DNA of 64,000 nt, from NCBI GenBank assembly GCA_934183325.1, contig CAKPSH010000007.1:1029-65028 (forward strand). The letters run 5' to 3'. Made by a program: the position numbers and the translations under genes. Numbering within the stretch: the first letter of the stretch is position 1; each line of letters begins with the position of its first letter. The notes under the pieces are model-generated. The model searched no databases. It saw nothing but the letters and a program-made list of their open reading frames with translations, and was not told the DNA's origin. This document shows, one piece after another, positions 40,016 to 50,500 of the stretch. The DNA is from an uncultured Clostridia bacterium (GTDB taxonomy: Bacteria > Bacillota > Clostridia > TANB77 > CAG-508).

Positions 40016-42049
40016 TTATTCATTCCCTTCATCTTTTTTAGCTTTTTTCTTGGTTTTCTTTGTTTTTTCCTTTTCTCCTGGTTTCGTCCATGATATATAA
40101 TCACAAGTTCCATTCTCTTTGTTATTTTCACAGATATAGAATTTTCTGCCTCTTTTTGACTTTCTTACTATAACTGTTCCTCCACATTTTGGACATTTTT
40201 CATCAATTTTTTCAATAATTGGCTTTGCATTTTTACATTCAGGATATCCTGGACATGCTAAAAATCTACCATATCTACCATATTTATATACCATTAATCT
40301 TCCACATTTATCACACTTTACATCAGATACTTCATCTTCAATTTTTACATGTTCTAGTTCTTCTTCAACTTTTTTTACATTTTCCGCAAACGGTGTATAA
40401 AATTCTCTAATTATTTTTTTCCATTCTTCTTTTCCTTCTGCCACTTCATCAAATTGATTTTCTATCTTTGCAGTAAAATCTACATTTATTATATCACCAA
40501 AATTATTAATTAGCAATGTATTTACCACTCTTCCTAATTCAGTTGGTACTAATTGCTTTTTATCTTTTTGAATATATCTTCTTTCTAGTATTGTAGTAAT
40601 TGTTGGAGAATATGTACTTGGTCTTCCTATTCCTTTTTCTTCAAGAACTTTTACTAAGCTTGCTTCTGTATATCTTGCTGGAGGTTCTGTAAAGCTCTGT
40701 TTAGGATCTAACTTTTCTTTTTTTACTTCTTCATCTTTATCTAATTCTGGAATATTTGTATTTTCTTCTTCTTCTTTATCATCTTTTGTTTCAACATATA
40801 ATGTCATAAATCCTTTGAATTTTAATTTTTGTCCATTTGCTTTAAATTTATATTCTCCTGCCTTTATATCTACTGAAACAGTATCATATATAGCTGCTGA
40901 CATTTGACTTGCTATAAATCGATTATATATTAATTGATATAATTTAAATTGATCTTTTGTTAAGCTTTCTTTTATTTCATTTGGTAAAATATCAATATAT
41001 GTTGGTCTTATTGCTTCATGAGCATCTTGAGCCTCTTGACTAGTTTTATAATATCTATTTTCATAATATTCTGTGCCAAAATTTTTCTCTATTTGTTCTT
41101 TAGCTGCTGCTCTTGCCACATCTGAGATTCTTGTTGAATCCGTTCTCATATATGTAATTAAACCTATTGTTCCATGTCCAGGAATATTTACTCCTTCATA
41201 TAGACTTTGTGCTACTGACATTGTCTTTTTTAATGTAAATCCTAATTTTCTAGATGCTTCTTGTTGCATTGTACTTGTTGTAAATGGAGGTGCAGCCACT
41301 CTCTTTCTTTCGCTTTTTTTTACTTGTTCTACAATATATTTTTCATTTTCTAAATCTTTTAAAATTTCCTCTACGATTTTCTGGTTTGATAATTCAATTT
41401 TTTTATCGTTTTTACTTGTTAACTTTGCTTCAAATTTTCTTTTAGTTTTTTTATCTTCTAATATTGCATATATATTCCAATATTCCTGAGGAATAAATTT
41501 TTCAATTTCTTCTTCTCTATCTACTATCAATTTAACTGCTACTGATTGCACTCTTCCTGCTGATAGTCCTCTTTTTACTTTTTTCCATAATACAGGGCTG
41601 ATTTTATATCCTACAATTCTATCTAATACTCTTCTTGCTTGTTGAGCATCTACTAAGTTTAAATCTATTTTTCTTGGATTTTTTATTCCTTCCTGTACTG
41701 CACTTTTTGTTATTTCGTTAAAAGTCACCCTACATATCGTATCCTCTGGAATTCCCAAGATGTATGCAAGATGCCAAGATATTGCTTCTCCTTCACGATC
41801 AGGGTCAGTTGCAAGAAATACTTTTTTTGATGCCTTTGCATCCTTCTTTAAAGAATTAATTAGACTTGCCTTTCCTCTAATATTTATATACTCTGGTTCA
41901 AAATCATTTTCAATATTTATACCCATTTTTGACTTTGGTAAATCTCTAATATGACCCATGCTAGCAACTACTTTAGTATTTCCACCTAAAAACTTTTTTA
42001 TAGTATTTGCTTTGGCTGGGGATTCTACTATGATTAATCTATCTGTCAT
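40016..42049 (-). CDS. topA: DNA topoisomerase I
   Basis: Toprim start MTDRLIIVESPAKA, type IA core, C-terminal Cys4 zinc ribbons (CDKCGRLM...CPGYPEC; CPKCGG...C). Confidence 0.97.
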   Translation of the reverse strand: MTDRLIIVESPAKANTIKKFLGGNTKVVASMGHIRDLPKSKMGINIENDFEPEYINIRGKASLINSLKKDAKASKKVFLATDPDREGEAISWHLAYILGIPEDTICRVTFNEITKSAVQEGIKNPRKIDLNLVDAQQARRVLDRIVGYKISPVLWKKVKRGLSAGRVQSVAVKLIVDREEEIEKFIPQEYWNIYAILEDKKTKRKFEAKLTSKNDKKIELSNQKIVEEILKDLENEKYIVEQVKKSERKRVAAPPFTTSTMQQEASRKLGFTLKKTMSVAQSLYEGVNIPGHGTIGLITYMRTDSTRISDVARAAAKEQIEKNFGTEYYENRYYKTSQEAQDAHEAIRPTYIDILPNEIKESLTKDQFKLYQLIYNRFIASQMSAAIYDTVSVDIKAGEYKFKANGQKLKFKGFMTLYVETKDDKEEEENTNIPELDKDEEVKKEKLDPKQSFTEPPARYTEASLVKVLEEKGIGRPSTYSPTITTILERRYIQKDKKQLVPTELGRVVNTLLINNFGDIINVDFTAKIENQFDEVAEGKEEWKKIIREFYTPFAENVKKVEEELEHVKIEDEVSDVKCDKCGRLMVYKYGRYGRFLACPGYPECKNAKPIIEKIDEKCPKCGGTVIVRKSKRGRKFYICENNKENGTCDYISWTKPGEKEKTKKTKKKAKKDEGNE

Positions 42050-42138
42050 TTGTCTTCAATCCTTTCAGATTATCTTAATTTATTTATACATTTTTGCATT
42101 ATATATCAAATAGCTAAAAAGGTCAAGGTAAAAAAGTT

Positions 42139-42170
42139 CAAAAAAAGAACAAAGGTATCCCTTTGTTCTT
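42139..42170 (-). terminator. intrinsic terminator of the 106-aa gene
   Basis: AGAACAAAGG (42146-42155) pairs with CCTTTGTTCT (42160-42169). U-tract on the minus strand. Confidence 0.75.
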
Positions 42171-42172
42171 GT

Positions 42173-42493
42173 CTATACATAATTTAATTGATACATTAAA
42201 TCATATATTATGTAATCAGTAACCACAGGTGTTACTTCATTTTGCTTTAACTTATCTAAGATAGTGTCAATTATTTTTTCTTCCCTTGTTATTTTTCTAA
42301 TTTCTTTATTTTCAATGTTTATATCTTTATCCTTGTATTCAGTTTTTACAACTTCTAGTCCAAATTGGGTTATTTCTTTATTTTCTGTATTATCGCATAT
42401 TTTATAATATTCTACTTTTATTGGGTATTCTATTCCTTCATCAGATAATTTCTGCCTGTCAATAAAAATTCCTCCATAAAATTTCTTAATCAT
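42173..42493 (-). CDS. hypothetical protein
   Basis: ORF 42173-42508 opens with GTG and has no close SD. ATG 42493 (MIKKFYGG) was chosen tentatively. Confidence 0.45.
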   Translation of the reverse strand: MIKKFYGGIFIDRQKLSDEGIEYPIKVEYYKICDNTENKEITQFGLEVVKTEYKDKDINIENKEIRKITREEKIIDTILDKLKQNEVTPVVTDYIIYDLMYQLNYV

Positions 42494-42628
42494 TTGTAAA
42501 CACAGCACATCCCAATTGTATGGCTTCCTCCTTCCTAAATTTATAAACCTTAATTATTATAACTTAAAATTTATATATAGTTCAAGATTTTTCCATCGCA
42601 AGTTTTTGCGTTTTATGACATTATATAC

Positions 42629-43729
42629 TTATTTTACCAATTTTTTTACTTCTGAATATATTTTATCTTCTACATCCATAATTGCTATTTTTTTTGCATT
42701 TAACCCCATTTCTCTTAATTTTTCCTTATTTTGTATCATTGCTTGTATACTGCTATCCAATAATTCTCCTGTTAGTTCATCGTTCTTTATTATCTTTGCT
42801 GCATTTACTTTTTCTAGCACTTTTGCATTATATGTCTGATGATCATTAGATACATTTGGAAGTGGTATAAATATTGCTGGTTTCCCTATTCTTGCAATTT
42901 CAGCAATTGTTGTTGCTCCACTTCGGCAAATCATTATATCTGCCACTTTTTCCAATTCGCCCATATTATATATATATGGATATATTCTAACATTATTGTT
43001 ATTTGCAATATCTATATTATTTTTACTTAATTCTTCCATTACACTATCATACTGTTTGCTACCCGCTGATAGTATTATTTGATAGTTTAAGCTTTTTTCC
43101 TTTGATAATAATTCTATTACTGCTTCATTTATCTTCTTTGCTCCTTGGCTTCCTCCAAATATAAGAACTATTGGTTTTGTATTAGATAAATTGTGTTCTC
43201 TTATTATGTCTAATTTTCTGTCTATTGTTAGCTCTATATCATCAACTTTTATTGGTGTTCCTGTTAACACTATTTTTTTTGCCTTTGGGATTCTATCCCT
43301 TGCATCTTCAAAACTTATCAAAATTGTATCAGTAATATTAGCTAGCATTTTTACAGCTTTTCCAGGAAAAGCATTGCTTTCATGTAACATTGTCGGAATT
43401 TTCAACAAATGTGCTGCAATAATTGCTGGTCCACATATATATCCTCCAGCACCAATTACTATATCTGGCTTAAATTCTTTCATTATTTTTTTCGCTTGAA
43501 ATATTCCTTTAAATGTTTTTATGTTATTAATAATATTTTTTCCTAATCCATATGCTTCTATTGGTTTTAATTCATATCCAGCTCTTGGCACTAAATCGTT
43601 TTCTAGTCCTCTATTAGTTCCTATAAATATTATTTCTGAATTTGGTTCTTCTTCCTTTATTTTATTAGCAATTGCAATTCCTGGATTAATATGTCCTCCA
43701 GTTCCTGCTGCTGCTATGATTACTTTCAT
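42629..43729 (-). CDS. murG: UDP-N-acetylglucosamine--N-acetylmuramyl-(pentapeptide) pyrophosphoryl-undecaprenol GlcNAc transferase
   Basis: ORF 42629-43822, start moved to MKVIIAAAGTGGHINPG (ATG 43729) after AGGAGG. G-loop motif present. Confidence 0.93.
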   Translation of the reverse strand: MKVIIAAAGTGGHINPGIAIANKIKEEEPNSEIIFIGTNRGLENDLVPRAGYELKPIEAYGLGKNIINNIKTFKGIFQAKKIMKEFKPDIVIGAGGYICGPAIIAAHLLKIPTMLHESNAFPGKAVKMLANITDTILISFEDARDRIPKAKKIVLTGTPIKVDDIELTIDRKLDIIREHNLSNTKPIVLIFGGSQGAKKINEAVIELLSKEKSLNYQIILSAGSKQYDSVMEELSKNNIDIANNNNVRIYPYIYNMGELEKVADIMICRSGATTIAEIARIGKPAIFIPLPNVSNDHQTYNAKVLEKVNAAKIIKNDELTGELLDSSIQAMIQNKEKLREMGLNAKKIAIMDVEDKIYSEVKKLVK

Positions 43730-43773
43730 TTTTACTCCTCCTATTTGTAAAGGGTTGCTTCTGCAACCCTTTT

Positions 43774-44919
43774 TTATTGTTTTTGATATCTTGATATATT
43801 TAATAATATTCCAACTGTACATAGTAAAATCAACAATGCTGTTCCACCATAACTAAAGAATGGTAAAGGCATACCTGTATTAGGCATTGAAGACGTAACA
43901 ACTGCTATGTTTATAAGTGCTTGAATTCCTATTAATGATGTTATCCCAATTGCAACTAAACTTCCAAAAGTGTCTCTTGCTTTCATTGCAATTACAACTC
44001 CACGCCATATAAATATTCCAAATAGTATAATAACCACTAGACACCCTATAAATCCTAATTCTTCAGCAATTATTGCAAATATAAAGTCATTTTGTGGCTC
44101 TGGCAAATATAAATATTTTTGTGTACTATTTCCAAGCCCTACACCAAACAATCCTCCTGAACCTATTGCATACAAACTTTGTACAATTTGAAATCCTTTA
44201 TCTGTTGGATCTGACCATGGATCCAAAAATGTTTCAACTCTTCCAAATCTATATGATCCTTTATTTAAAAATTTTGAAGCAAAATATAATCCTGCTCCAA
44301 GAGCACCTGCTCCTGCTAGACCTGCTGTTAAAAAATATCTTATTTTTGTTCCTGCCATAAGCATTAATATACATACTATAATTCCTATTACTCCTGCTGC
44401 ACTTAAGTGTGATTGTACTACAACTAATATTAATATTATTGGTGCAACATATAATAGCGGTATAAAAAAGCCATGCCAAAATTTCCCCATTTTATCTATA
44501 TTTTCAGTAAAATATCTTGAAAAAAATATTATCATTCCAACTTTTACAATTTCTGAAGGTTGAAATGTTAAACTTTCTGTTATTTTTATCCATCTTGTTG
44601 CTCCATTGGCTGAGTGTCCAATTTTTGGTATTAATACAGCAAAAAGTAATATTATAGATATTACATATATTGGTCTATATAATTTTCCCCAAAATTTATA
44701 ATTAATTTTTGAAATCAATATCATAGCAAAAATACCAGCAACTGCACTTATTGCTTGTGTTTGAACATATTTATAACTGTTTCCACTTTCAGATAAAGCC
44801 TTTGGAGAACTTGCTGATAAAACCATTATAAGCCCAAAAGCAAGCATTATTAATACATCTATAAATAGTATAAAGTCAAATTGCCCCTGACGTGGCTTTT
44901 TAGTATTATCTTTTGCCAT
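43774..44919 (-). CDS. ftsW: SEDS-family peptidoglycan glycosyltransferase FtsW/SpoVE
   Basis: 381 aa, about 10 TM helices, conserved ...FQPSE...LPEPQNDFIFA...PFFSYGG motifs. Confidence 0.9.
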   Translation of the reverse strand: MAKDNTKKPRQGQFDFILFIDVLIMLAFGLIMVLSASSPKALSESGNSYKYVQTQAISAVAGIFAMILISKINYKFWGKLYRPIYVISIILLFAVLIPKIGHSANGATRWIKITESLTFQPSEIVKVGMIIFFSRYFTENIDKMGKFWHGFFIPLLYVAPIILILVVVQSHLSAAGVIGIIVCILMLMAGTKIRYFLTAGLAGAGALGAGLYFASKFLNKGSYRFGRVETFLDPWSDPTDKGFQIVQSLYAIGSGGLFGVGLGNSTQKYLYLPEPQNDFIFAIIAEELGFIGCLVVIILFGIFIWRGVVIAMKARDTFGSLVAIGITSLIGIQALINIAVVTSSMPNTGMPLPFFSYGGTALLILLCTVGILLNISRYQKQ

Positions 44920-44974
44920 TTACTTCCCCCGTTCCTTTCTCAAGGTAAAAAACATTTTTTCCTTTTCTTTATCT

Positions 44975-45928
44975 TTAGACCATGAATATTCCTATAATCG
45001 ATACTGCTAATGTGATTAAACTAAAAACTGATACTACCGTACTTTCTTTCCATCCACTTAATTCAAAATGATGATGTAATGGTGCCATTTTAAAAATTCT
45101 ATTACCTGTTTTTCTAAAATATGTTACTTGAATAATTACAGACAGAGTTTCTAATAATGGTATTATCGCTATGACTAAAAGTAATAATGGTACTTTCAAA
45201 TATAATGCCATTGCTACTATAACTCCTCCTAATAATAAGGATCCTGTATCCCCCATAAATACTTTTGCTGGATGTAAATTAAACAATAAAAAGCCTAAAC
45301 ATGCTCCACTTACTAAAGCTCCAAATAGAGCAACTTCTAATTCATTTTTTAATATTCCTATTGCAGTTAAACAGCAAATTATAGTCATTGATACACTTGC
45401 TGATAATCCATCTATTCCATCTGTTAAATTTATTGCATTAGTTGTTGCAAGCATTGTACAAATTACAAATGGTATATATATTAATACAGGAATATTTACA
45501 TATACTTTTAAAATTGGTATTAAAGTTTGTGGTCCTATTTTTTCATTATTTGCCAAAAATAATGAATATAATACTGAGATTACCAATAATCCTAGCATCT
45601 TTGATGAAGGGCTTATTCCCTTGGTATTTTGATATCTTAATTTTGTTGAATCATCTATACACCCTATTAATCCAAAACCTATTGATACTAATATTAATGG
45701 AATAATCTCTTTGGTTGTAATAGCTAGTATTGTTCCAATTATAATTATTGTTATTGCTATTATTATTCCTCCCATTGTTGGAGTTCCCTGCTTTTGTAAA
45801 TGACTTTGAGGTCCATCGGTTCTTTCAATTTGCCCAACCTTTAGTTTTCTTAATATCGGGATAATAATTAGTGCTAAAACAACCGTAAGTGAGAATGATG
45901 CAACTAATACTTTCAATTCCGATTCCAT
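44975..45928 (-). CDS. mraY: phospho-N-acetylmuramoyl-pentapeptide transferase
   Basis: 317 aa, with motifs TPTMGG, NLTDGIDGL, FMGDTGS, HHHFE. Confidence 0.95.
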   Translation of the reverse strand: MESELKVLVASFSLTVVLALIIIPILRKLKVGQIERTDGPQSHLQKQGTPTMGGIIIAITIIIIGTILAITTKEIIPLILVSIGFGLIGCIDDSTKLRYQNTKGISPSSKMLGLLVISVLYSLFLANNEKIGPQTLIPILKVYVNIPVLIYIPFVICTMLATTNAINLTDGIDGLSASVSMTIICCLTAIGILKNELEVALFGALVSGACLGFLLFNLHPAKVFMGDTGSLLLGGVIVAMALYLKVPLLLLVIAIIPLLETLSVIIQVTYFRKTGNRIFKMAPLHHHFELSGWKESTVVSVFSLITLAVSIIGIFMV

Positions 45929-45930
45929 TT

Positions 45931-47403
45931 TTATTTCTCCATTCCGTCTATTATTTCGTTTACAATTATTCTTTCATCAAATGGATATTTCTTATGATTA
46001 ATTTCTTGATATGGTTCATGTCCTTTTCCAGCAAGAACAATTATATCGTTTTTATTTGCCATAGCTATTGCTTTTTTTATTGCTTCTGTTCTATCTACTA
46101 TACATTCATATTTACCTTTTGTATTTTTTATTCCTAATTCTATTTCTTTTACAATTTCTTCTGGATTTTCTGTTCTTGGATTATCAGATGTTATTATTGT
46201 ATAATCTGCAACTCTTCCTGATATTTCTCCCATCATTGGACGCTTTGCTGAGTCTCTGTCTCCACCACATCCAAATACAGAAATAACTCTACCTCTTGTA
46301 TATGCAGCAACAGCTTGTAAAATGCTTTCCAAACTTTTTGGTGAATGTGCATAATCAATCATTATTGTTAAACCTTTTTTGTTAGGAATTAATTCACTTC
46401 TTCCTGGTACTTTAATATCAGTTAAAGCTTCTTTTATATTATCAACTGTTGCATTAAATTTTACAGCAACACAAATAGCTGCTAAAGCATTATATATACT
46501 AAATCTTCCTGGTATGCCTACTTTAATTCTTTCATTTTTACCATATAATTTTTCTTTAAAATCAGCATAAGAATTAGTTATTGTAATATCTTTTGCAATA
46601 TTATTTGCTTCATTATCTATTCCATAAGTCTTTATCTCACATTTTGCTTCTCTAATAACTCTTTGTCCATATAAGTCATCAGCATTTACATATGCTATAT
46701 CACACATATCAAATAATTTTAATTTTGACTCAAAATAATCTTCCATGTCTGGATGTTCTTTTAAGCTTATATGGTCTTCTGATAAATTAGTAAATACTCC
46801 TACATTAAAATGTATGCCATATACTCTATTTAGTTTTAAACTTTGAGAAGATACTTCCATAACTGCAATCTCTGTTTCTGCATCTACCATTTTTCTTAAT
46901 ATTTCAAATAAATGAATACTATCTGGTGTTGTTCTATCTGAATCTTCATATTTTTTTCCATTTATATATGTAGCAACTGTACCTATTAAACCTACTTTAC
47001 TTCCTTGTTTTTCTAGTATTTCCTTTATCATGAATGTAGTTGTAGTTTTTCCTTTTGTACCTGTAACTCCAACCATTTTTAATTTTTCTTCAGGATGTTC
47101 ATAAAAATTAGCTGCACAAATTGCCTCAGCTAATCTTGTATCTGGTACCATTACTAATGTAATATTCTCATATTGTAATAATTTTTTATAATCATATCCT
47201 TCTTGTATCATTATTACTTCTGCGCCATTTTCAATTGCTTTTTCAATATAATTATGACCATCAGTTTCAAAGCCTTTAATTGCTATAAATAAAGAACCTT
47301 CTTTTACTACCCTTGAATCTGTTGTGATTTGATTTATATCAATATCAGCTCTTCCTTTCGCTTTAATTCCTGTAATTCCATTTAAAATATTTTTTAAATT
47401 CAT
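45931..47403 (-). CDS. murE: UDP-N-acetylmuramoyl-L-alanyl-D-glutamate--2,6-diaminopimelate ligase
   Basis: Mur ligase P-loop GVTGTKGKTTT and DNPR motif (TSDNPRTE). Confidence 0.92.
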   Translation of the reverse strand: MNLKNILNGITGIKAKGRADIDINQITTDSRVVKEGSLFIAIKGFETDGHNYIEKAIENGAEVIMIQEGYDYKKLLQYENITLVMVPDTRLAEAICAANFYEHPEEKLKMVGVTGTKGKTTTTFMIKEILEKQGSKVGLIGTVATYINGKKYEDSDRTTPDSIHLFEILRKMVDAETEIAVMEVSSQSLKLNRVYGIHFNVGVFTNLSEDHISLKEHPDMEDYFESKLKLFDMCDIAYVNADDLYGQRVIREAKCEIKTYGIDNEANNIAKDITITNSYADFKEKLYGKNERIKVGIPGRFSIYNALAAICVAVKFNATVDNIKEALTDIKVPGRSELIPNKKGLTIMIDYAHSPKSLESILQAVAAYTRGRVISVFGCGGDRDSAKRPMMGEISGRVADYTIITSDNPRTENPEEIVKEIELGIKNTKGKYECIVDRTEAIKKAIAMANKNDIIVLAGKGHEPYQEINHKKYPFDERIIVNEIIDGMEK

Positions 47404-47522
47404 TAATTAGTCTATCTCCTTCCATAATATATTATATTACAGCATATTTTATATTATATAATTCTTTAAAATATTTGTAAAGTTTTTTTAAGATTTAATT
47501 TGCTTTTTTTAGATATGAAAGC

Positions 47523-47564
47523 AAAAGAAGATATTATTAACTTTTTTAATAATATCTTCTTTTA
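47523..47564 (-). terminator. stem-loop after the 1243-aa gene
   Basis: 18-bp AT-rich stem, AAAAGAAGATATTATTAA with TTAATAATATCTTCTTTT. Confidence 0.65.
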
Positions 47565-47589
47565 TATGTATCTTTAATGTTCTTATGCA

Positions 47590-50500
47590 TTATCCTGTTC
47601 TATCATATTCATCATCATTTTCATCTCTATTTGGATTTTGCAATTCTATTGTATTACTTTGATCTGAATTAGAATATTCCATTATTCCATCCGTTTTTGC
47701 CTCATCTATTATTCGATTCAAAAATTTTTCTTTCTTATTCTTCATTTCATCTTCTACATTATCTTCAGTGTTACCTTCTGGTAAAGCCTTTGTTCCATTT
47801 TTTTTATTACTAATCCATTGCTTTAGTCTTTTCCAAAAACTTTGCTTTTTACTTGTACTATTGTCTTTCTTAGTTTCATCTTTTTTTCCTTCATTATTTT
47901 TATCTGCTTCATTGGTTTTACTCATCTCATTCAGTTTATCAAAATTTGTGCTATTAGTAGCAAAAACTGAAACTATTTCATTATTTTCTATTCTAAAAAA
48001 GCTTACTGCATTTCCTGATGATACTGCAATATTTTTTCCACTCCATTCTATTTTTGCATTAGGATCAATCGCCTGTACTGTTCGTTTAAATTTTTCAAAA
48101 GCACCTGCTATACTTGAGTATTCTCTCAAAGTCATTTCTTCTGGGATAATTTTTCCATTCTTCAATAATATATTTCCTTTAGTACCATTTTCTTGACTAC
48201 TACTATTTTGTTGTTGCATTTCTGTAGCTATTATTTGATATTGTGGTAATTCATTCAATTTTCCTGTACTTTCTAATTGCTGTATTAAATTAATTACAGC
48301 TAATTTATTTTCTTCTCCTAAAACTTCTCCCAGAAACTCATTATATCTTTCTTTATAGCCAACCTCATCGACTCCATTTTCTGGATAAAATTCTCGTATT
48401 CTTTTCTTTGCTTCATTAATATCTTCCATTGAAAAAGTTCCATTGTTCATTTTTTCTGCTTGTTCATCTAAAAACTGATTAAATTGTCTTTGCCTTAAAA
48501 AAAAGAAATTTCTATTAAAAGCAGTTACATCCCCCATATACTCTCCATTATACTTTGCATCTGTTGTATTAATTGACTGTGATAATTTAGAATATTTTTC
48601 GAATAACTTATCTGGGATTGTTTCTCTCCCTTTTATTTGTTCATATTCTCTTTTAAAATATCTATCAAATATTTCATTATCTACATCTGCTATGTTTTGT
48701 TTTCTACTGCTTTGAATTTCTGCCAATTTTTGTTCAAAATAATTTTGTTTTACTGTTTCTGTACTAGTCAAACCTCGTTCTTGTAAAAATTGGATATAAT
48801 CTGGATCATTTTCTATTCCTCGATATGTATCTGATTTTTCCAAATAGTTTTCAGCCCAACTAATTTGTTCTGCTCCATATGATTTTTTTCTGTTTAATAT
48901 ACTTATAGCATCATTTAAGTTAGATAAATTTCTAATTTTTGATTCATCTATTTCTATCTGATCTATTTTACTAAAAAACTCTATCAGCTCTTCTTGATTT
49001 AGGTTCAATATTTGAGCCATTTCATTAAAATTTCCTTTTCCCATTCTAAGTACGTTTTTTTCTCCTATTGCCTGTTCTAGCTGATTTATATAATTAGTTT
49101 CTGTTTCGTATCTTATATCATTATAGCCAAGTTTAGAACACATCCATTCTGTTAGTCCTTCATTTGCTCCTCTGCCTATTTCTCTGTAATGATCTGTATT
49201 ATCTATTCGATTGCTGAGAATTCCTGTTCCTTTATCTTCTTTTCTATTCAAAATTGCATGCAAAGCTTCATGTGTTGCAACATGTGAAATCTCTCTATCA
49301 TTTAAAATATCTTCTATCGTTAGCATTGTTCCATTTTTTCCTTCTCTACAAATGGTTAGAGCTTTATTTGTTCCATTATAATACCCTGCCCAAGCTGTTC
49401 CTTGCTCATTGGTATATACACTTCTAATATTTTCTTTTAACTTTTTCCTTATAAATTCTTTTCCATATACTTTTTCAAATGCTTCATATTCATTTAGCTG
49501 TTGCTCAATAAATTGACTTATTTTTTCTTTGACTTCTTGATTATATACTCCTTGTTTTATTACTATATTTCTTTGCATTCCCTCTTGATGTACTTCTTGC
49601 TCATCAACTCTTTCTCCAACTTCTAACATTTGTTGTAATTTTTCTTTACTATCTGATGTTGGACTTTTTTCACTCTCTAATCCTATATCTTTTGTATCAC
49701 TCACACCTGTTCTATTTTCAGAACTTGTTTGTATTGTATTATCTTTACTTGCCCTTTGTTTAAGCTTAAAATTACCATTAGTTATTGCATTCATTGCTAA
49801 AGTTGAAAGACTCGTCACTAATGCTGTATTTTGCCAATCAGATAAAGTATATTCAGCATTTGGATCAACTGTATTTCTATCTATTGCTGTATCAACAATA
49901 TCAGAAATTGTTTCTTCTAATACTTCTCCACTAACTTCCATACATTTTTCTGCTAATTTTTTTAATACTTGATTTTTTATATTTTTCGTTAAACCATTTG
50001 CAATATCATCTAATGTTCCTTTTCCAAATACATTTACTCCTCCAGTAAGTTTTTCTGTTCCTACTTCTACTGCTGCTTTCATATTTCCTATTTCAACTGC
50101 TTCCTCTAAACTCGCTCCTTTTTCCATTGCTTCTGCTGTAGATCTCCCTCTTGCACTAACCGCCATAGTAGCTAATCCTGCTTCTGGTCCTGCTACAACT
50201 CCTGCTGCAGCACTAACCCCCATATTTCCTAGATTTTGTCCTACATCTCCTAAAACTTGAGTAACTTTTCCATAATTAGCACCTTCTTCATCTAGCTTTT
50301 CTTGCATATTTCTTAGTGGTTCTGAGATAGCTTCATTTGCTTGTTTAACAGCCTCTTTAGTTTGTTCTGGATACATCTTGCCTACTGTATTCCCTATAGT
50401 ATAAAATCCTTTTATTTCTGGTACTACTTCTTCTACATATGAATCTATGGCATTTGTAAATGTACTGCCTATTTTTTTTATTATAACTTTTGGAATCGTA

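Noticed and set aside
39883-40131. ORF 39883-40131 (-), and ORF 44261-44479 (-) inside ftsW
   Set aside because: These are alternative frames overlapping topA and the 64-aa ORF, and ftsW. Their basic low-complexity translations have no independent signals.
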